Of a stretch of 32,000 bases of DNA, positions 28,015-32,000 are shown piece after piece. Under the pieces are notes generated by a model. It was given only the letters and a program-made list of their open reading frames with translations. It was not told the origin of the DNA and did no database searches. The stretch is from contig CP006868.1 of the NCBI GenBank assembly GCA_025340205.1, positions 1,350,001 to 1,382,000 of the forward strand. Direction: 5' to 3'. A program made the translations under genes and the position numbers. The stretch comes from Ignicoccus pacificus DSM 13166 (lineage in GTDB: Archaea > Thermoproteota > Thermoprotei_A > Sulfolobales > Ignicoccaceae). Within the stretch, counting starts at the first letter, position 1, and every line of letters starts with the position of its first letter.

Positions 28015-28510
28015 CGCAGTTAACCGCTCTTCCCCATATCCAGAAGAAGTTGCTGCTGGTTCCCTCCCTCATGACTTCTATGGTAGCTGTCACGTTGGAG
28101 GGAGTCTGAGGCGGATAGCAGTAGGGCGGTAGGACCACGTGCGCTATAACCCTCTTGCCATTGACAGTCTCATTAGTCAATATTATTACAATGTGGGTCA
28201 GGTTGTTTCTTCCAAATCTGGATATTAATGCTATTCCCTTTATCTCCTCTATTCCCCTAGCCATGGTGTAGTTCGCCTGTGGTACCTCTCCGTGGCACTC
28301 CAAGCAGACGGGACCTCTCATGGAGTTTGGAGTTGGATTTGCTCTCGGTCTCTGAGGCATTGGATGAGGCATGGTCATGGTTTGATTGTACGGGGGAGTC
28401 CACGTTTGCTGGGTCGCCCACGGAGGTCCTCCTCCCCTCCACGGCGGTCCCCAAGCGACTACTATTCCCATCAACACGGGAACTAGGGCCACTAGGAGTA
28501 TCTTCCTCAT
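28007..28510 (-). CDS. Secreted protein with single CXXCH haem-binding motif (putative monohaem c-type cytochrome)
   Basis: Signal peptide MRKILLVALVPVLMGIVVA, Pro-rich linker, VCLECHGEVP at 28292..28306. Confidence 0.65.
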   Translation of the reverse strand: MRKILLVALVPVLMGIVVAWGPPWRGGGPPWATQQTWTPPYNQTMTMPHPMPQRPRANPTPNSMRGPVCLECHGEVPQANYTMARGIEEIKGIALISRFGRNNLTHIVIILTNETVNGKRVIAHVVLPPYCYPPQTPSNVTATIEVMREGTSSNFFWIWGRAVNCVK

Positions 28511-28842
28511 CCCTCTTTCCCGGTTGGTTAGGAGGGGGTAGCTTTGTTAAAGCGGAACTCACAAATTGGGTAGTTGTAAATGATAACCTTGTTGGTATAC
28601 AATCGATGCAACCTCGCTATATTTTCGTTGCCTCTTCTGCCGCTATTTTGAAACAGCCATAATAATTGGTATTGATTTTTGGGAAATTTTTATTCGCCGT
28701 AGCGATTTCACAACAACTTTACAATATACAATATAAAGATAGTGGAGCTAGGTGTGAGTAATTTTCATGCATTCGCTGTGTTTCTCTAAGGTTCTTTGCG
28801 TGATTCTTTGTGTTTTAAGGTTCTGGGAGTGATCGTTCAAAC

Positions 28843-28868
28843 ATTTCTATTCATTACTGTGATTCCTC
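28843..28868 (-). repeat. Degenerate fossil CRISPR repeat
   Basis: + strand ATTTCTATTCATTACTGTGATTCCTC matches the repeat at 19 of 26 positions and sits exactly 43 nt from the first clear repeat, within the spacer size range. Confidence 0.6.
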
Positions 28869-28911
28869 GCACTTGGCTACACACTTTTTGTTTTCGCTGT
28901 CGATTATCTTC

Positions 28912-29341
28912 TTTCCATTCACTCTTGTGACTCTTCTCGTTGCCCTATGAAGTGTCCAATCTGTAAGGTTGAAGCTTTCCATTCACTATTGTAACTCCTC
29001 AAGGAAAATTCCAAGAGCCCGTTCCCGGAATAATGTACCAAAACTTTCCATTCACTATTGTAACTCCTCCTTATTACATAATGAGGTGAAGCGTTATGGC
29101 CCACAAGAGCTTCTTTCCATTCACTATTGTAACTCTTCCCACTTCGTCTGGATACCGAAGTACAGAGGGAACGTTCTAGTCTTTCCATTCACTATTGTAA
29201 CTCTTCCCGTTGCCTTCAACTGGATGAGAAGCTCTTGGAGTCTTTCTTTCCATTCACTATTGTAACTCTTCTGAGGATGAGAAGAACGAAATTAGTGCGA
29301 GGGCGAAGGCGATACTTTCCATTCACTATTGTAACTCTTCC
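28912..29341 (-). CRISPR. CRISPR array: 7 repeats of 26 nt, 6 spacers of 38, 43, 43, 42, 39 and 43 nt
   Basis: Repeats (+ strand CTTTCCATTCACTATTGTAACTCTTC) at 28912-28937 (2 mismatches), 28976-29001 (1 mismatch), 29045-29070 (1 mismatch), 29114-29139, 29182-29207, 29247-29272, 29316-29341. On the - strand the repeat is GAAGAGTTACAATAGTGAATGGAAAG, with a GAAAG 3' end as in crenarchaeal repeats. Degeneration at the left end places the leader on the right. Confidence 0.97.
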
Positions 29342-29700
29342 GTGACCCTCCTATTTAACTAGTTCTTCCATTAGCTAATAAGCCATTCCTTTCCCATTGC
29401 CTTGATTTGGTTACTTTATTAACTCTGAATACTTAAGCTTTCATGAGAACAGTTTTGCTCTACTTCCATCAATTAGAATTACCTAACTGAAACTAATAGT
29501 CAAACAAAAGAGTTCGTTATCATCGGTGTTCCCATGTATGTGACAATGGAAAGAATTGCTTAGCCTTTAAAATGAATTGAACTTTGAAGGTTCAAGAACG
29601 AATAGTGCTCAAGGTGAAGGGAAGAAAGAAGACCATAAACGTTCTGATATGTTCCCATGGAAAATAGGAAATGAAAAAGTAGGAAAGAGGTGATGGGGAT
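29342..29700 (-). promoter_or_regulatory. Putative CRISPR leader region
   Basis: AT-rich non-coding segment next to the conserved (young) end of the array; the exact leader boundary cannot be defined. Confidence 0.5.
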
Positions 29701-29817
29701 CTATGGAAGCGGTTGTCTCAAGGTCTCCCTCTTTCCCTCCTTAGCTCTAAGGACTCTCCCGATCCTCCTGCATTCCAGCCAGTCCTCAACGAAGAAGAAG
29801 CACTCATCCTCCGTCAC
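29701..29817 (-). CDS. Possible 38-aa small protein
   Basis: GTG start, translation MTEDECFFFVEDWLECRRIGRVLRAKEGKRETLRQPLP, GC composition more gene-like than the flanking leader; not in the ORF track. Confidence 0.3.
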   Translation of the reverse strand: MTEDECFFFVEDWLECRRIGRVLRAKEGKRETLRQPLP

Positions 29818-29927
29818 CTTCGATCCCCACTAATACGAGTGAAGAGGCAAAAGGGAGCGGCAGAGGGGAGCGCACCTTTTACCCTACTCTTAAACTTCCC
29901 CTCTCACCGAGGCCCGGTGAAAGCGGC

Positions 29928-30467
29928 ATGAAGCTAGTGTCAATCGTAGGCGACAGCCCCACCGGACCCCTCGAGGTCCTCGAGTACCTCTACAGGAAGG
30001 GAGAGGAGCCCACCAGACTAGTGATAGTATTCCCCAAGGACAAGGCAAAGATCGCCGAGATAGTCGAGCTAGCCATCTTAGTAGGAATCAAGGACGTGAT
30101 CCCGACCACTCTCCTCATCGATAGGGTAATACTGGAGAAGAGCGACGCCGATAACAAGGTGGAGCTTCAAGACATGAAGGATACCATAGATGCCAACGTG
30201 GACCCGGGCGACTTCGTGGACATAAGCGGAGCCCCCAAGCTACCCGCAGCCCTAGGAGCCGTCGTGGCCAGAGACAAGGAGGCTCACCTGGTCTATGTAC
30301 CTCAGGCCGAGGAAAAGGAGGAGGTAATGAAGGCATACGAGGAGCTGGGCAAGATGGATCTAAAGAAGGCCATTGCTGAGTTCAGGGCCTCCGGAAAGAT
30401 AGACGAGGAGCTAAGGAAGTTGCTGGAGAAAGTAGTACTCAAGAAGCCCAAGGTAATAATCCTTTAA
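29928..30467 (+). CDS. Stand-alone CARF/Rossmann-like protein (candidate cOA sensor or Crn1-type ring nuclease)
   Basis: 179 aa; KLVSIVGDSPTGPLEVLEYLYRKGEEPTRLVIVF at the N-terminus and DFVDISGAPKLPAALGAVVA (cf. the CARF D-x-T/S-G-G-T-K-x element) in the middle; lies about 590 nt beyond the CRISPR array. Confidence 0.5.
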   Translation: MKLVSIVGDSPTGPLEVLEYLYRKGEEPTRLVIVFPKDKAKIAEIVELAILVGIKDVIPTTLLIDRVILEKSDADNKVELQDMKDTIDANVDPGDFVDISGAPKLPAALGAVVARDKEAHLVYVPQAEEKEEVMKAYEELGKMDLKKAIAEFRASGKIDEELRKLLEKVVLKKPKVIIL

Positions 30468-30516
30468 GCTAGGAAAAGAGTTTTTCTTCCTACGTTCCTT
30501 CAGACCGGGAAGCTGG

Positions 30517-31788
30517 ATGAAGATTACAGTTCAGCCCTCCACCGCCAGGGGGTCCTTGGAGGCTCCTCCGAGCAAGAGCTGGGCCCAGAGGATGCTCTTC
30601 CTGTCCCTCCTCGCTGATGGGGAAAGCGAGATAGGGAGGCTGCCCAAGTCCGACGACGTCTTGGCGTCACTGGAAGCCGTCAAGGCGTTCGGAGCGGAAG
30701 TGACGAGGGAGAAGGATAAGGTAAAGATCAGCGGGGGAGAGGTAAAGGTACCTGAGAACGTAATAGACATGAGAGGATCCGGAACGGGAGCCAGGATAGC
30801 GATAGGAATAGGCACCTTGGTTCCGAAGGGCTTCGGGACTTGCATCACCGGGAACGAGAGCCTTAGGAGGAGGCCGATGGGGCCGGTGGTGGAGCTCTTC
30901 AATTCCTTGGGAGCGGAGGTGAGAAGTCTAAGGGGAGGGAAGCTTCCCGTCGTCTCCTTCGGAGGTCTCCCGGGAGGGGAGGCTGAGGTAGACGGGAGCG
31001 TCACGAGCCAGCACGTCACCTCCGCCCTGATAGCTGGAACCAAAAGCGAGAAGGGAGTTACTCTAAAGATAAAGAACCTGGTCTCCAGAGCTTACGTAGC
31101 ATTAACTGAGGAGGTCTTGGAGCTGTTCGGGGCTAAGGTAGAGTGTTCTGAGGACTACTCCCATTGCTCCGTGGAGCCTTCTGACCTCTCCCCCATATCC
31201 ATGGACGTCCCCGGAGATTACGCACTAGCTGCCTTTCCTATGGCATTAGCCGTAATAACGAAGGGAAGGGTCGTGATAGAGGGACTTCCCGCCCCGAGGC
31301 AAGGACCCGGGGATCACAGGATAATAGATTACTTGAAGGCCTTTGGAGCTCAGGTTACCTATATCAGCGGGAAGCTGGAGGTCACCATGAGCGGTAGGCC
31401 GAAGGCGGTCAAGCTTAACTTGAGAGACGAGCCGGACTTGGCCCTCCCCATAGCCGCCGTAGCCGCGATAGCTCAAGGAGAGACCGTCCTAAGGGGACTA
31501 TCCCACTTGGCATATAAGGAGTCAAACAGATTGGAGCAGATAGTGAGGGTGCTGGAGTGCTTCGGAGTTAGGGCTAGGGTCGATGCCGGCTCCATAAGGA
31601 TATGGGGAACCGTGGCCTTGAAGCCTTGCGCCATGAAATGCCCAGACGACCACAGAGTGGCGATGATGGCGTCTCTACTTGGAGCTTACGTGGGAGCGAG
31701 GATTGATAACGCCGAGTGCGTAGCGAAGAGCTGGCCCGAGTACTGGGACGTGCTCAAGAGGCTGGGGGTGAGACTCATTGAGTACTAA
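30517..31788 (+). CDS. aroA: 3-phosphoshikimate 1-carboxyvinyltransferase (EPSP synthase)
   Basis: PPSKSWAQRMLFLSLLADG, GNESLRRRPMGPVVELFNSLGAEV, HLAYKESNRLEQI, CPDDHRVAMMASLLG. Confidence 0.96.
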   Translation: MKITVQPSTARGSLEAPPSKSWAQRMLFLSLLADGESEIGRLPKSDDVLASLEAVKAFGAEVTREKDKVKISGGEVKVPENVIDMRGSGTGARIAIGIGTLVPKGFGTCITGNESLRRRPMGPVVELFNSLGAEVRSLRGGKLPVVSFGGLPGGEAEVDGSVTSQHVTSALIAGTKSEKGVTLKIKNLVSRAYVALTEEVLELFGAKVECSEDYSHCSVEPSDLSPISMDVPGDYALAAFPMALAVITKGRVVIEGLPAPRQGPGDHRIIDYLKAFGAQVTYISGKLEVTMSGRPKAVKLNLRDEPDLALPIAAVAAIAQGETVLRGLSHLAYKESNRLEQIVRVLECFGVRARVDAGSIRIWGTVALKPCAMKCPDDHRVAMMASLLGAYVGARIDNAECVAKSWPEYWDVLKRLGVRLIEY

Positions 31789-32000
31789 GTGGGAGGTCAA
31801 GGAAGATAAGGACGGGATAAGGATTAGGGGTTCCGTGGACATATTGGTGGATCCCAAGAGGGTCCCTGAGGACGCTTACGATCTGGACTTCGTGGTGCTT
31901 ACCTCTAGGAGTGATGAGAAGGTCCTAGAGAAGGTGTTGGAGGCCAGCGAGGCCACTCTAATAACTCCTTCAGCTGTGAAGAGAACTATCAGGAAGAGGT
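31778..32000 (+). CDS. Partial hypothetical protein running off the window end
   Basis: Open frame overlapping the aroA stop: (TTG)STKWEVKEDKDGIRIRGSVDILVDPKRVPEDAYDLDFVVLTSRSDEKVLEKVLEASEATLITPSAVKRTIRKR. Start uncertain. Confidence 0.6.
   Translation, partial: MSTKWEVKEDKDGIRIRGSVDILVDPKRVPEDAYDLDFVVLTSRSDEKVLEKVLEASEATLITPSAVKRTIRKR

Noticed and set aside
28919-29265. ORFs of 89 aa (-) and 98 aa (+) across the CRISPR array
   Set aside because: Their repeated peptides (SYNSEWK / LSIHYCNSS) are translations of the CRISPR repeat; not genes.
29342-29700. Partial repeat-like strings such as CTTCCATTAGCTAATAAG in the leader side
   Set aside because: Similarity to the CRISPR repeat is short and needs gaps; better explained as AT-rich leader sequence.
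29713-29931. 72-aa + strand ORF upstream of the CARF-like gene
   Set aside because: Low-complexity translation with no motif; it overlaps the likely promoter region of the 29928 gene.

Overview
The window looks like a crenarchaeal chromosome segment, probably Desulfurococcales and possibly Ignicoccus-like. That taxonomic guess is inferred from protein style only. Recognisable housekeeping genes are pheT, ileS, hemA, endonuclease V, hyuA, hypA, hypC, trmJ-like, a radical SAM SplB-like gene, an A24 prepilin peptidase and aroA. The most interesting content is a dispersed CRISPR/cyclic-oligoadenylate-like set with no cas effector or adaptation genes nearby: (i) a CARF-HEPN Csx1/DxTHG protein (3466..4977, -) with intact DITHG and RNFIAH motifs; (ii) a CRISPR array of 7 clear 26-nt repeats (28912..29341), transcribed on the - strand judging by repeat polarity and degeneration, plus an apparent fossil eighth repeat one spacer-length further out (28843..28868); (iii) a stand-alone CARF-like 179-aa protein (29928..30467, +) that could be a ring nuclease or cOA sensor. 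Other points: a zinc-motif-free TGT/DpdA-like protein beside the array, a single-CXXCH secreted protein, a secreted protein with a PEP-CTERM-like C-terminus, a compact ABC/SMC-type ATPase followed by a C2H2 finger protein, a decayed archaeal ATPase fragment, and an unlisted 36-aa single-TM ORF with Shine-Dalgarno and TATA-like signals. All homology statements come from motif recognition by eye; no database search was run.
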